Shown here in pieces: positions 51,766-64,000 of a stretch of 64,000 nucleotides of DNA. Within the stretch, counting starts at the first letter, position 1. Each line of letters starts with the position of its first letter. Source of the stretch: Azolla caroliniana (taxonomy: Eukaryota; Plantae; Polypodiophyta); contig JBHGNT010000017.1 of the NCBI GenBank assembly GCA_043228905.1, forward strand, positions 15,934,001 to 15,998,000. The letters run 5' to 3'. Under the pieces are notes generated by a model. That model ran no database searches. It saw only the letters and a program-made list of their open reading frames with translations, and had not been told where the DNA came from. Both the position numbers and the translations under genes were made by a program.

Positions 51766-53410
51766 ACATATTGCTTCTTCTTGTTTGCAAAAAAATGTAT
51801 ATTTTGTAGGTCATTAGTAATTACACAGTATATATCCCCAAAAGGTCCCTCAAAACATTTTATATGATCAAGTTACAACCATCAATTAATCCTTGATGCC
51901 TAGAAGCTCGAGGATCACTTAGTTTCCTCTTTTTTTGTTCCACCATACATCCTAATTTTCAGATCCTTTTTAATCATCATACATTTCTTTTTGTTCCAAA
52001 ACTTCTACATCCTAATTTTCAACTACATTCCCTTTATTTACAACATTCTTCGAAAAGGGCACAAACATTTGGAGTACTAGGCATTTCCACTAACATGGTT
52101 ATGTTTGGAAACATAACCAATTATCTCCGTTGGATAATATAAACCTATAGAAACCATAAAGGCAAGACAAATGTCTACCCCGATGTTCTATTCTAAAAAT
52201 AACTTCAAAAGTCCCCACCGTAGCATTAATCAAATGTTGAACCCAATCAACCCTTTGGTATTTTTTCGGTACAAAAAAAGAAAAAGAAATAATATCTTTG
52301 TCATAAGTCATTGAGAAGGCTTTCGGAATATCCTCATTCTTTCCACGACATCTCCATCTCAAATCCCCACCAAGAAGGGTGAGTTCATATGTGCTTACAT
52401 TATTTCATCTAAAGATTTTTTTATTACAAAATATTACTAGGAACCCCTATTCTTAGGGAAACGTCACATGCAAGATAGTATTTTTATTTGGTGTCATGAT
52501 TAATAGGACACATTGAAGCACCATAATAGGACCATAAATTATCTCATGGTAAGTTGCACCGTAATATTCTACACACAAGGATAAAGTGTAAGGGTTAATC
52601 GAGAATGTAAAGAAAGGATGATTACTTTTAATCCTAGGAATTAAGACAACCCATAAGGGCCAAGTGTGAACTTGACAAGGGGCCTTAGGTCTAGCAATAA
52701 GCATGAGGCCTAACTACCCTCATTAGTCGCATCATTTTGACTAATCAAGACTCGAGTCCTACTTAATCCCTACGCTCGAGGGAGGTCGGCACCCTTCTTT
52801 CTCTCTCTTTCTCTATCTATTTATCTTATATTTGCTTATTTCATGCTTACATTAAGATTAAGCTCTAAAAATAGAACACCTTCCATCTTCCTTAGATATT
52901 ACTTTCTTTCAATCTACCATCAAACATTGAGCACATCTTCCTTACATGGAGCATATGAATGCTTATGACAATCCCCCACTACACCTTTGAAAGAGAAGAG
53001 TAACCTCGATAGCCGATTAACGTCGAACATTGCCCTATTTCTAGTCTACACTGTAGCACCAAGGCCATAAAATTAAGAGAAACCAAGTTTGACCCTCACC
53101 ATCTCATAGATCGCAATCAGTTCCCCAAGGACGTTGAAAGTATATCTTTCTCCCACTCTCTATATAACAAGAACAAACTTGACCGAGTCTATACCATAGC
53201 AACAAAACCACAAAATTGAGAGAAACTTCATCTCATTGATCACAATGGATTTCCAAAGAGTACTAAAAAGATATATACATTTCCCCCACGTTGTTGCTGG
53301 TAGTAACAAACTTGACCAAGGAAAAATGGGACCAATTGAATTGGGACGAGTTGCAAGACAATTTTACTCTTCTAAGCTATAAACAATATAGTGTGCACTT
53401 CCTCAAAAAA

Positions 53411-53648
53411 TGTTATTCGAAGCAGGCACACGACATATCCTTCGGTTACTTAGCGATGTTACTCTTTTAAGGTAACAGAAAGATGAATAGACCTACACCA
53501 ACCTTTTCATACATACACACACAAACCAAAAATTGTTATTCGAAGAAGCTACACAACATATCCTTCAGTTACATAGCGATGTTACTCTTTTAAGGTGACA
53601 AAGAGATGAAGAGGCCTACAACAACCTTTTCATACAAACATACACAAA
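53411..53648. repeat. Diverged ~120-bp tandem duplication
   Basis: Two copies of TGTTATTCGAAG...AGCGATGTTACTCTTTTAAGGT...CAACCTTTTCATACA. Confidence 0.8.
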
Positions 53649-54862
53649 GCATTGGTGACAAATCTAGCCTATGTATGCATGTGTCTGATGAATGTCAGAT
53701 GGAAAAAACTTTGCATATATGTAAGAATGAATGAATTTATATATGTATGAATGAATGAATGTATGTATTATTTACACACTATTGTAGACCTCAAAAGAAT
53801 TTTAATATTTATGAGAGGGCCAAATAACTCAACACATACACAAACAAACAAACAAATTAATGAAGCAAACAGTCTTATGCAAGCAATTCAATGGCCTTTG
53901 TTAATGTGTAGACCACACTGTGCAATAAATTGAATGGCATGTGAAGAGGAAGGAAGCACTTATTCAATTGAATGGGGGGGTACATGTGAAGAAGAGAGAA
54001 GGAAGCCTTTTAGCAATTTAAGACCACCACAAAGTACAAAAGAGAGAAAAAAAAAAGATATAAAAACCCATTGAATGATTGATTGCCCCATATCATTAAA
54101 GGCATATGTGCCCAAAAACAAATTAATACTGAGAGACACAGAGAGAGAGAGAGGAACAGAGCATGTGACCTGTTTCTTGCAAGCTGCTTCACATTAGAAA
54201 TTAATGCATCTGCATCAATTGGGAGGGGAAGAGAGGGAGCAGAGATTCATATAATTAATTATGTTTCATATTATTTTGGCTTTCAAATCAAATCCAGGCC
54301 TATCAAATTGCATAGATTGGTGGCCTATACATGATCATGATCATGGGGATGAAGATGAAGAAGATGGAAGGAACTCCATGTCTCTCTCATTACATGCAGA
54401 GTGGATTTTAGGTTAAGACAATCCTGTTTTTGCTTTTGGGCAAACATTTTAAAAAAAAACAATAATAACAAGGAACGTATAGTATGTAAGTAAAAAAACA
54501 TTTAATAGGAAAGCAGCTAAGAAGGTATGGCTATGGAGATTAGAGAAAACCAGACTTTTAAAAACAAGAAACCTGCTGGGAAGAAGAAGCTGAAGAAACT
54601 CACAGAACCTACTTACTACATTGATTGATTAAGTAAAGCATAGTGTATTTCAGTAAAAATTTGATGAGAACTATGAACGAAATAGATATGGAAAGCTTGA
54701 CAATTGGAGACATAGTAGTGTCCCCCATATCCATATCCATATCCATCACCATCACCATAGCTTTGGACTTAAATAAGCATAACCCTGTTTATGCTTGATC
54801 CGATCCGACATAAACAAATCACAAGCAGAGATGGATGAGCTACACTACAGCTGAAAATCCTT

Positions 54863-56437
54863 CTAATCTGATCCAATTCTTTGATAATCCGGAACCTCAA
54901 CAGGATAATTGTCGATGCAGTCGAGCCATGGATTCTTCGCCTTCGGCTTCTTCACTGTCCTGACAGCTTTCCATACGGCACTGTTACACTTGAATCCTGA
55001 ACCGAACGCGATCTGCCATATCCGATCGCCTCTCTTCACCTTGCCTTTGGCTTCGAGGTACGCGAGCTCATACCAGATGGAGCTACTGGAAGTGTTCCCG
55101 AACCGGTGCAGTGTCATCTTGGAGGCCTCGAGGTGCTTGTCACTCAGGTCCAGATTCTTCTGCATCTCCTCCAGGACCCAGCGGCCGCCTGTGTGTATGC
55201 AGAAATGCTCGAATGCGAGCTTGAAATCGGGGATGTAAGGCTTCATGTCTTTCTTCAGGACCTTCTTGCAGAAGAGAGTGGCCAGGAAGAGGAGGTGCTC
55301 AGACAGAGGCAAGACCAGGGGCCCGAGAGTGGTGATGTTAGTTTTAATGGCGTCTCCTGCTACTTCAACAAGATCGGTGGAGAGAGACAGGCCTTTCTTC
55401 ATGTTCTCGTCTTCTTCTTGGTAGATGGACCTGAAGCTTCTGTCGTCTGCGCCTTTGTGAGTTCTGACGATATGGCTTAACTGATACTTAGCGCGGCGCC
55501 TGTCTTTGGATCTGTTGGACAGAAGGATCGCAGCTCCGCCGAGCCTGAAGAAGCAGTTGGGGAGGAGCATGGATTTCTTGTTGCCTGTGTAGAAGGAGGA
55601 GGTTATGTTCTCTGTGCTCACCACCACTGCGTAGGTGCTCCCTGAAGCTTGGAGCATGTCGTTGGCCAGATCTAAGGCGATCACGCCTGCACTGCACCCC
55701 ATCCCCCCTATGTTGAAGCTCAGAATGTTCCCCCTCATCTTGTAGTGATTGATCACCATCGCCGACAGCGATGGCGTCGGATTGAACAGTCCACAGTTCA
55801 CCACCAGTACCCCTACATCCTTCGGCCTCACCTTCGTCTTCTCCAACAGCTCGTCTATGGCCGCGAACATCACCATCTCTGCTTCCCCTCGAGCTTCCTT
55901 CATCGTGGCTATGGGAGGATTCGCCAAGACCGCAGGCGGTAGGTACGTCTCCTCCCCCATCCCGGACCTCTCCATCGCCTTCCCTTGAAACTCCAGGCTC
56001 GCCTCGCTGAACTTTCCTGTGCTCCTGATATGCTCCATGAAAGCTTGGCGGGAGAGCTTCAGATTCTCGGGCGGCTTGTAGCAGGCGAAGTCGATGAGGT
56101 ACACGGCCCTCGGCCGAGACATGAAGTGCAGGGTTGCGATGAAGACGATGGCCCCAGAGCACGCCAATATGCTGAACAGATCGAACTCGAAGTCCCGCCA
56201 TAGCTGCCAGAAGTCTTGCTTGGAGAGAGCGCCGAGCTCGGCACTGAAGGCTACCAGGAGAGCAGGAATGGTGAAGAGGTAGAAGCCATGGCTGATGAGG
56301 TAATGGTAGCCGAGCTTCACGTATTTTAGGTTAACGGACTGCAGGAAGTCCGGCAGGCGGCGGCGAACCCTAACGGAGAAGCTCATGGAGCCGTTGGGGA
56401 CGATCTCCGTGGAGAGAAGGGATTGCTCCTTCACCAT
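54863..56437 (-). CDS. KCS10: 3-ketoacyl-CoA synthase (VLCFA elongase condensing enzyme), FIDDLEHEAD/KCS10-like, 524 aa, intronless CDS
   Basis: [29 protein letters not shown]-terminus; two hydrophobic segments; catalytic [15 protein letters not shown] and [10 protein letters not shown]. Orthology to KCS10 is inferred from the N-terminal signature. Confidence 0.95.
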   Translation of the reverse strand: MVKEQSLLSTEIVPNGSMSFSVRVRRRLPDFLQSVNLKYVKLGYHYLISHGFYLFTIPALLVAFSAELGALSKQDFWQLWRDFEFDLFSILACSGAIVFIATLHFMSRPRAVYLIDFACYKPPENLKLSRQAFMEHIRSTGKFSEASLEFQGKAMERSGMGEETYLPPAVLANPPIATMKEARGEAEMVMFAAIDELLEKTKVRPKDVGVLVVNCGLFNPTPSLSAMVINHYKMRGNILSFNIGGMGCSAGVIALDLANDMLQASGSTYAVVVSTENITSSFYTGNKKSMLLPNCFFRLGGAAILLSNRSKDRRRAKYQLSHIVRTHKGADDRSFRSIYQEEDENMKKGLSLSTDLVEVAGDAIKTNITTLGPLVLPLSEHLLFLATLFCKKVLKKDMKPYIPDFKLAFEHFCIHTGGRWVLEEMQKNLDLSDKHLEASKMTLHRFGNTSSSSIWYELAYLEAKGKVKRGDRIWQIAFGSGFKCNSAVWKAVRTVKKPKAKNPWLDCIDNYPVEVPDYQRIGSD

Positions 56438-56439
56438 GG

Positions 56440-56596
56440 CTAGGAAAGCTTGAAGAACAGACGCAGAAGGAAGAACGAATCAAAACAAACAAACAAAAAA
56501 ACCCGGAAGCAGAAGAAAAAACGAACGAACGAGCGATCCAGCGATCGATCGATCGATCGATGGAAACAGAACGAAACGAAAAGCTTGGGAGCAGGA

Positions 56597-56639
<43 letters not shown>

Positions 56640-56641
56640 AC
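56440..56641 (-). other. Probable 5'-UTR intron of the KCS gene
   Basis: CAG|GTAAAA donor, pyrimidine-rich body and TTTCCTAG|CCATGG acceptor 2 nt before the ATG; TATA-like CTATATAT at ~56884-56891. Confidence 0.55.
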
Positions 56642-56800
56642 CTGCAGAAGAAGGGATGCTATGGTCTGAGAAGGGATGTTACAGAGAGAAGAGATCTGCG
56701 GGGAAGGAGAAACTAGGCGAGAGAATAATTTTGGCGCCGAGTGAGCAGGGTCTGGCGATGGCGGTGTTTCCTGTTCCGTTTGTGAGCTCAGAGCGCGCGC

Positions 56801-56856
56801 TAGGGTTAGGGTTAGGGTTAGGGTTTGGATTAGGGTTAGGGTTAGGGTTAGGGTTG
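56801..56856 (+). repeat. (TTAGGG)n telomere-like tract in the KCS leader
   Basis: About nine units; an inverted degenerate (CCCTAA)n tract lies at 57402-57504. Confidence 0.9.
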
Positions 56857-59800
56857 GTGGCGGAGTGGCGGAGGCGATGTGACATATATAGTAGGCGAGA
56901 GGGGGGGAGCATTAAATGAGGATCGCTGGAATGGTAGAGAGAGGAGAGAGAAAATAGAGTGAGAGGAGAGAGAAACTGGAGAGTGAGAGAGAGAGAAACT
57001 GGAGAGTGAGAGGAGAGAGAAACTAGAGAGTGAGAGGAGAGAGAAACTAGAGAGAGGAGAGGAGAGGAGAGAGAAACTAGAGAGGTGCTTCTTTCTTCTT
57101 TCTTCTTCTTTTAGTTAAAGCTTCACCTAACTCTGGTTAGTGTCTTGGTATATATGTATGTATATTTTTTTTCTCCATATACGTATGCGTATGTATGTAT
57201 GTATTATGTAGGACCCGTAGACCGTATGCCAACCGTATACATACATACCCACCAACGTATGTCTCCTGTAATTCGCGCCATAAATGCGGCGTCAGCAGGT
57301 TTTTTTTTGGGGGCCTCACCTACCCACCTCCCCCCCCCCCCCCATTCACATGCCTTTTTCCTTCTTCTTTCTTTCTTCTTCTCTTTTTCTTAATGCCACC
57401 TTAACCCTAACCCTAAACCCTAGCCCTAACTCTAGTCCTAACCCTAACCCTACTCCTAACTCTAACTATAAGTTCTAACTCTAACCTTGCCCTAACCCTA
57501 ACCCAAGTCACTCACATCTTCATGACCCTCGTTTGCTAGGCTCGTTAGTTCATCTTGCTCCCCCCCTCTCCGTCCCGCCCAATGCCCAGTGGCTCTCTCA
57601 TCCCATGCCACACTTCCGAACACACTCGTCATTTTCTTCGATAAGCGTTACACATCTCGTTATTGTATTGTATACCCATCTCTCTCTCTTAGGGGTCAAA
57701 TTTGGCCTTTGATGGGCCAAATGAGCCAGATTTGGCCTTTGAAGTCAGATTAATGTATCTTTCTTTCTCTCGACGACAAGACAACACTTATGATGTGCCC
57801 TCTTGTTTGGTCTTATAAGTTATTATTTAAGCCGATCTGGCCTCTTAGAAGGTGTTGATATCTCTTTCTTTCTTTCTTTCTTTCTCTTCATCCCGATCGA
57901 CGCCCTCATTTCTGTACGCTTCTTAACGTCTCGGGACACACTGGCGACCACCATGCTAGGACCCCCCACGAGGCAACAAAAAAAGAGAAAGAGAAGTCCC
58001 ATGGCTCGCATGATACTGACTCCATTCTCGACAATGCCTGCCTTTTCTATTTTTCTTGTCGCTTTCATCTTACCGAACTGTACTTCTTTGGCTTTCTCCT
58101 CTCGTTGCAAATTGTGTACCTCGTTTTCTTCGTAATCTTGGGTAGTTCCCTTCCTCACCCTCCCGAAACAAACCAGACCAAACAAAAGAAAACATAAAGA
58201 CTTGTCCCAACTCAACATGTTGAAAGCACACATTGTCCACCCCACCATTTCTTTTTTGCAAGCAACAATTTAGTGTTGACCTAGTCATCGATTTGAAGTT
58301 TTAATATGCACATTATTCATGCCTTCGCGCTCATTGTACATGCCCCTCGAAGTTGACTCTTGAATCTCTGCTAGAGATTGGAGTTGTGCGTCATCAAGTG
58401 ATGGGGCAAAAAGGTTCATAAACTAAGGCACGTAAATTTTTGTGTGAACATGAAAGAAAACTAAAAAGTCGGTTTATCGTCACATTAAGTTTGGTATCAA
58501 AATCCAAATACCTCAAATTCTCAAATTTTGAGATTCATTGATGTCACTCGTTCATTTGCGTCACAAGGATGGAATATTTCCTTCACACAATGCATTCTAG
58601 CACATTGGACGTCTCCATAAACTAGGAATGCATTTTAATGAAGGCCATCACAGATGCATGTTCTAAAAGGAAGTCAACAAGTGATATGTTAATTAAATTC
58701 ATCTTGATCTCTAACCAAACATGGATAGGTTGACAACGACAATCGATTTGCTTCAAGGAATATTCAAAGCCCGAAGATGACTTTTGATCGCAACTACATG
58801 TTGTTGGGGAATGAGAAGCTCGATGTTACTTACTATGCACTTTGGAAAGTTTGAGGTGATTCGTTATAATTCAGTGGAATTAGCCATACAGATTAGTAAT
58901 CAATGGTTAAGATATAAGTAAGCAAATTGAGATGATTTGTAATTGGTTGGAAGATTCTTGGAAGCAACAAAGTATTGGTGAATTTCAAGTTGAATTAGAA
59001 TTTATTAAAAGAATCAACAAACTCCATACGTAAGCTCGAGATGTTTCATAATTTTTTGGAACAATCATGAATATCGGAGGTAACAAAGTGTCAACAATGA
59101 ATGCAATGGCCTTTGTATCATGAGTTTGATTGATAGGTAATTGTGCTTGATGTGTTTGTGTATGTGTGTACATTGCACAATGTTATCTCGTTGGCAACGA
59201 CAAAATGTGAAATGCTCAACTTTGACCCTCCCACCCAATACGTACCTTTTTCATGTGGTGTCCACCACTACAATCATCAACAATAAAAAGTAACCATACG
59301 CTATGTGAACATTATCGCATTTGTTTTTAAGTTGAAATGCTCGGTACCACAACGTTCACTCTTTGGACAATATTATTTCATTAGAGACTATCATTGGTTT
59401 GTACAAGAGCCATCATAACCGACTTGAAATAAAGTCAACCATCTCAATGTGGATGTTTCTTATGTGTTATCCATGTTTGGTTGTTGTAGGTGTGTGTGTG
59501 TCTCGTGTAATGTAGGAGTTGGGCTCAAATTTGTGGTTCACAAGTTCCACAACATGCTCCTATTTCTTGGCGGACATGACATCAAATATGTAATCACAAA
59601 AGGTTTGGTACATCATTCGCATGTCATCTTGCATTCTTGATATTGCTCATTTTGTTGTCATGCAAGAGTTGGTTATTCTCAATTATCTCCTTGTATGATG
59701 ACAAGTTGTTGTTATCATCATCTGCGAACATGCATTGTGACTTGGAGACGTGAATGAAGTTGTGTGTGCGTAATCATAATACATATAGGTCATGTGCAGT

Positions 59801-60988
59801 TGCACATCTGCTCAATTGAGTTTGTGAATGCTCAGAGCACCTAAGGTGTTTACATGACAACAAGGGAAAATCCAACGGGTAGAAATATTCTATACTGTCC
59901 TTGAACATCGAATTTCTAATGAGAATATAAATGTATTATGTACCCAAACAACAACACCTAATTTCTTTAAAAATAAATACAAAGTTTAGGTTCAACAATA
60001 ATTTGGTGTTCATTAACTTTAATGTTACCCAATCTTTTGTTTTCATGTTTGATTTATGTATCTTATTTTTCGGATCGACACCACGTATCTATATCAATCG
60101 GCATTTCTATGCCTACCCACATATGGTGCAATTATTTCTCCCGTTTGAATACCCATGTAATGATTTCACTCATCAAGTTACTTGTACGTATCCCATTATG
60201 TCTCTCTCTCTCCCCCCTTCGTCTTCTCATGAGTTCCGTCACCTACATTGAATACGCATTTAAATTTTACTCCATTAGTCATTCGCCAATTTCACTTATG
60301 AAGAGATGTTTTCTACTTTCAGCATTTTTATTTGCTTCACCAAACTTCCAATGATTTTCATTAATTTGATGATCTCCCTCTCATCTAATCAGATTGTTTT
60401 GGACATAGCTAAATAGCTCATCTGTCGGCGATGCTCTCAATAGCATACGAGAAGAAGGAGATAACCTCTTCAAAATCGGGAAATGTTAGAGGATTGAGTT
60501 CAGACACCTCATGTACAATAATATAATCGAGTCGAGGCATTTTCATGGTGTTTTGTGATGGGTTAGTCAACATGACCAAAATTTCCTTTTTATCTCCATT
60601 TGGTGTTTGTTAAATTTAATTTCTCTAACAAGCAAGCAAGCAATATTGTTTCAGTCTCATTGGCCACATTTACCCTTTTTTTGAGATGTTAATAAGTATT
60701 ATTCCTCTTCTTCTTCTTCTTCACTCGCATGTATGGTTTGTTGTTTTTCAGTTCTCAAACAAGCCATATTTCGTATTTTTGGAATATTTGGAAAAGCAGG
60801 TTATAAAAATACCTTAATAAAATTTTCATTCGTAGAGTCAGCCTTAAAAGTACACATTTTGTGAGTTTTTTAATGGATTTTCAGCATATGTTTTCGTGAT
60901 TTTGTAAAACATGACGTTTAGAAAAGAAATTGACAATTGAGCCTACAAGGTTGCTTACATAGCCACCAAGTAAGTGCATAGTTTCACT

Positions 60989-61623
60989 CATAGATTGACA
61001 CATGCGTGTATTTTCCATGCGCAATATTCTCAATATTCGAGAATACAAAATGGCCCCAAGAATATTAAAAAACCATTCGTTTTGTAAAATAAATATAAAA
61101 AATTAATTAATTATTTAAATAAATGTATTTCGCCCAAAAAAATAAAATATTCATTAATAGATTATAGTGTCAAGAGAGTTTATGAAACTTATTTTAATTA
61201 ATTAATTTTTTTAAAACAAATATTTTTATATTTATTATACAAATATGATTAGTATGAACTTTGAAGATCTGATTAGTTTGAAGTACCATTTTTAATGTCA
61301 AGATAAAAATATCCATAATTTTTGAGGAAATAAAAAGTGAGAAATTAATGAGCCTTTATTTTATTTTATTTATTTATTAAAAATAAAACGACTATACATT
61401 TATTATAAAAATTTAGAAGTGTGTGAGTACCCAAAGTCCCTCTTTTATTATCCCTATTTATTGTTAAGTTCCTTTTTTTTTTATCTTAGGAATTTTTTTT
61501 TTAAAAAGTTTATTTTTTTTGGGGGGGGGGGGAGGGTTAAACGAATACTTGACTACCCATTCGTATTCGTATTCGTTTGCATTTGAATGGGAAACCCCAC
61601 GAATGCGAATATGTCAATCTATG
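60989..61623. mobile_element. hAT-type MITE, 635 bp
   Basis: TIRs CATAGATTGACA...TGTCAATCTATG; exact 8-bp TSD GTTTCACT; AT-rich non-coding interior. Confidence 0.92.
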
Positions 61624-61950
61624 GTTTCACTTTAGTATGAAAGAAATCAATGAATGTCACATGTGAAGTGGAGGAAATATCTATGATGGCACGGTTTTTT
61701 CTATACATTTTCTATTAACTAATAAGCTAAGCACTCGGTTCATGTGTGAAATTGAAGTTGTACATGTATGTAGTATTAGATTTGTCTAATGCATTACAAT
61801 TTCTTGATACTCAAAAGATGGAATATCCATTGTTCTTTATCTTGTCCATCGTAGTATTGGCGATCACACTTGTGTCATCTTGAAAAAAATTGTGATTGTT
61901 GTCGTCCAAGGAAAATGAAAAGTTTTCTAAATTGCTAATGGCTTAAACGT

Positions 61951-62806
61951 TGTCGTGGAGAAAACCGTCCCTAGGCAGAATCGAAGAATATCGGCGGTGT
62001 GCACCATGTGCACTTACCCTTGTATAAACGCGTGAATAGTAGGAGTCAAGTCAGGACAGAGAATCCCATGTAAGTCGGGATTTATCCCACATTGTAGCGC
62101 ATCTCCCTCCTTGTTCTATAAAAGGAAGGGAGCGCCTCTTGTGAGAGGGTTGCCCATTTTGAGTCGTAAGGGTATACCATTTTTGTGCTTCTTTTCTAAG
62201 GTTAGTTACATTCTTTCCTTCTTCTCTTTCTTCTCCTTCTTGAGAACTCGGTCGGCAGCTATGGCAGGAAAGTTGTTAGGTTAACTCTTCTTCTAAGCGT
62301 ACCCGGCTCGCGGCCGGGGTTATATCTCTCCCTGTTGTAGGTTTGCTTCTACTCGGCCTCCTGTGCAAGACCCCGCTTGGCGCGACGAGCCCGAGAGCTC
62401 CCCGACGGCGGCTTGGCGGCAAATTGCTGTTGCGACCTAGCTTACCTTAGTCCGGCTCGAAGCCGGAGTTGTAACTCACTCTTGTAATTTTATATATATA
62501 TATATATATATAGGGTTGTGCATATTTGTGTCTCTGTTGGTGTCGGGTGCTTTCCCCTTTCTTGTGTTTCCTGTACATAAGAGGTGTGGTTTGTGTCGGT
62601 GTTGCGCGCGTGTTCTCTCTCTCTCTCTCTCTTCCTCTCTCGTGTTTGGTAGCCATTAGCACGCGTCTGGAATCGCTCCGGTTCGCGCCACAACCAGTGC
62701 AGCCGGGACCGGAGAGAAGTCGGCTTCCAACACCCCCATCACTTCCTCGTTCGAGATCCCCATGGTCCCGCTCCTCTTCTACACGTACCCGCGGAATACC
62801 GTGACA
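61951..62806 (+). mobile_element. Solo LTR, 856 bp
   Basis: TGTCGTGG...CCGTGACA ends; exact 4-bp TSD ACGT; CTATAAAAG at ~62117. Confidence 0.88.
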
Positions 62807-63723
62807 ACGTAAGCATGATCCATTTGGATACTATATGTGACATGACATGTCCTAAATATGTAATTAGATTTCTCTTGAAATTTTGGTATTCAAAAGGTTA
62901 TGTATTAAAATATTTGTTGAAGCAATTCGATTCTTTTTTCAAATGCTGAAAATGTGACCCACTAATGAATTATAAATGAGAATTGAATCCATTAAGAGGA
63001 CAATTAACTGAACTCTAAACGTGGTTTAAGTACACTCAATCACAAGTGTCATGGAAAAAAAATCTTAATGGTGAAATAACGTAATATGTTTTTTTTAGAC
63101 ATCCTCGTTATGCATACAAACTTGATAATATGCTAGACGAAGGACGACGTTGGTTGTCCATAAAAATGTGTATTATCTAGCTTCCATTCACATTTATGAA
63201 TATATACATAGATGCATGTGTAATTAAAATTAAAGAGCCTATAATTGGAAAGGCACTCTTTGAGGGATGTCAAACATTCATTACATACAATAAGTAAGGT
63301 ACACTAAGAGTTATTTCTCAATCTCAAGGTGTATTCACTTAATTGGCTATAAATGCCATGCACAAATGCCTTTTCTAAAGGATCCACAAAATTCCTCTAC
63401 TTACATTGTAACCTACTTGAGTGATATTGTTTGTTGTAGTTATATTTGCATAAGGCCTTTGATTTTTCATTAAGGTTATAAATTCTCAATGTAGTTGAGC
63501 TCAAGCTCCACTTTGGATGTGGCGTGTGGGATTTTTTTTTTCTTCGAAGATTTTCCTCATTAGTATTAAGAAAAACATATGAATGCTACAACTTAAGCTT
63601 ATGTGTGCAAAGCTTACAATTTTCATGTACAATGATATACGATAATCCTAAGACTAAAGATAGAACTTTGTAAAAGGTAAAAAATTAAAAATATTGTTGC
63701 ATTCTGTCGTGCTTCACTGTTAA

Positions 63724-64000
63724 TTAATAAAGGGTCCAAGGAAGTTGATAGTTCCATTGAGGCCCTTGAGTTGACTCAAAGAATAGGGGTAACTTTTTCC
63801 AAAAGTGAAGGAGCTTATTCTTTCTCTTGTTCACAGTCTCCGGTGAACCCTGCAAGTTGTCATACTGACCGCGAACTACTGCCACCAACTTCTCCCATAT
63901 CTCACGCAAGACATCTAAGAGACATTGATATATCGCCCCATAACGTCGGTTACATCGACATTTCCATAATGCCCATAACGTTGTTGTAGCAATTGTTTTC
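63724..64000 (-). pseudogene. C-terminus of another LINE ORF2, running off the window
   Basis: Frame reads IATTTLWALWKCRCNRRY...LREIWEK, matching the W..WK.R motif at the end of plant L1 ORF2. Confidence 0.55.

Noticed and set aside
54909-56282. Overlapping antisense and alternative-frame ORFs in the KCS gene
   Set aside because: Expected shadows of a GC-rich CDS; no independent motifs.
58300-60560. Possible highly decayed transposase or gene remnant
   Set aside because: Composition looks coding-derived in places, but I found no open frame, motif, TIR or TSD to support a call.

Overview
Eukaryotic, repeat-rich land-plant DNA, probably from a non-seed plant such as a fern or bryophyte (inferred from the repeat and gene types). 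Bases ~590-43,120 are one old L1-type LINE pulled apart by nested LTR retrotransposons and solo LTRs; most junctions can be closed with target-site duplications (TSDs). The deepest layer is a 9,355-bp DNA transposon (13,968-23,322) with 29-bp perfect TIRs and a 4-bp ATTG TSD. It encodes a Sola-like DDD transposase (+ strand, one in-frame TAG). Divergently, it carries an intact six-exon gene (975 aa, spliced by hand) fusing a ParB/Srx-like domain to a bacterial/phage-type beta-class N6A/N4C DNA methyltransferase, with ten phased palindromes in intron 1. The right part holds a second L1 LINE, MITEs, solo LTRs and one host gene, a FIDDLEHEAD/KCS10-like 3-ketoacyl-CoA synthase. All calls come from reading the sequence; no database searches were run.
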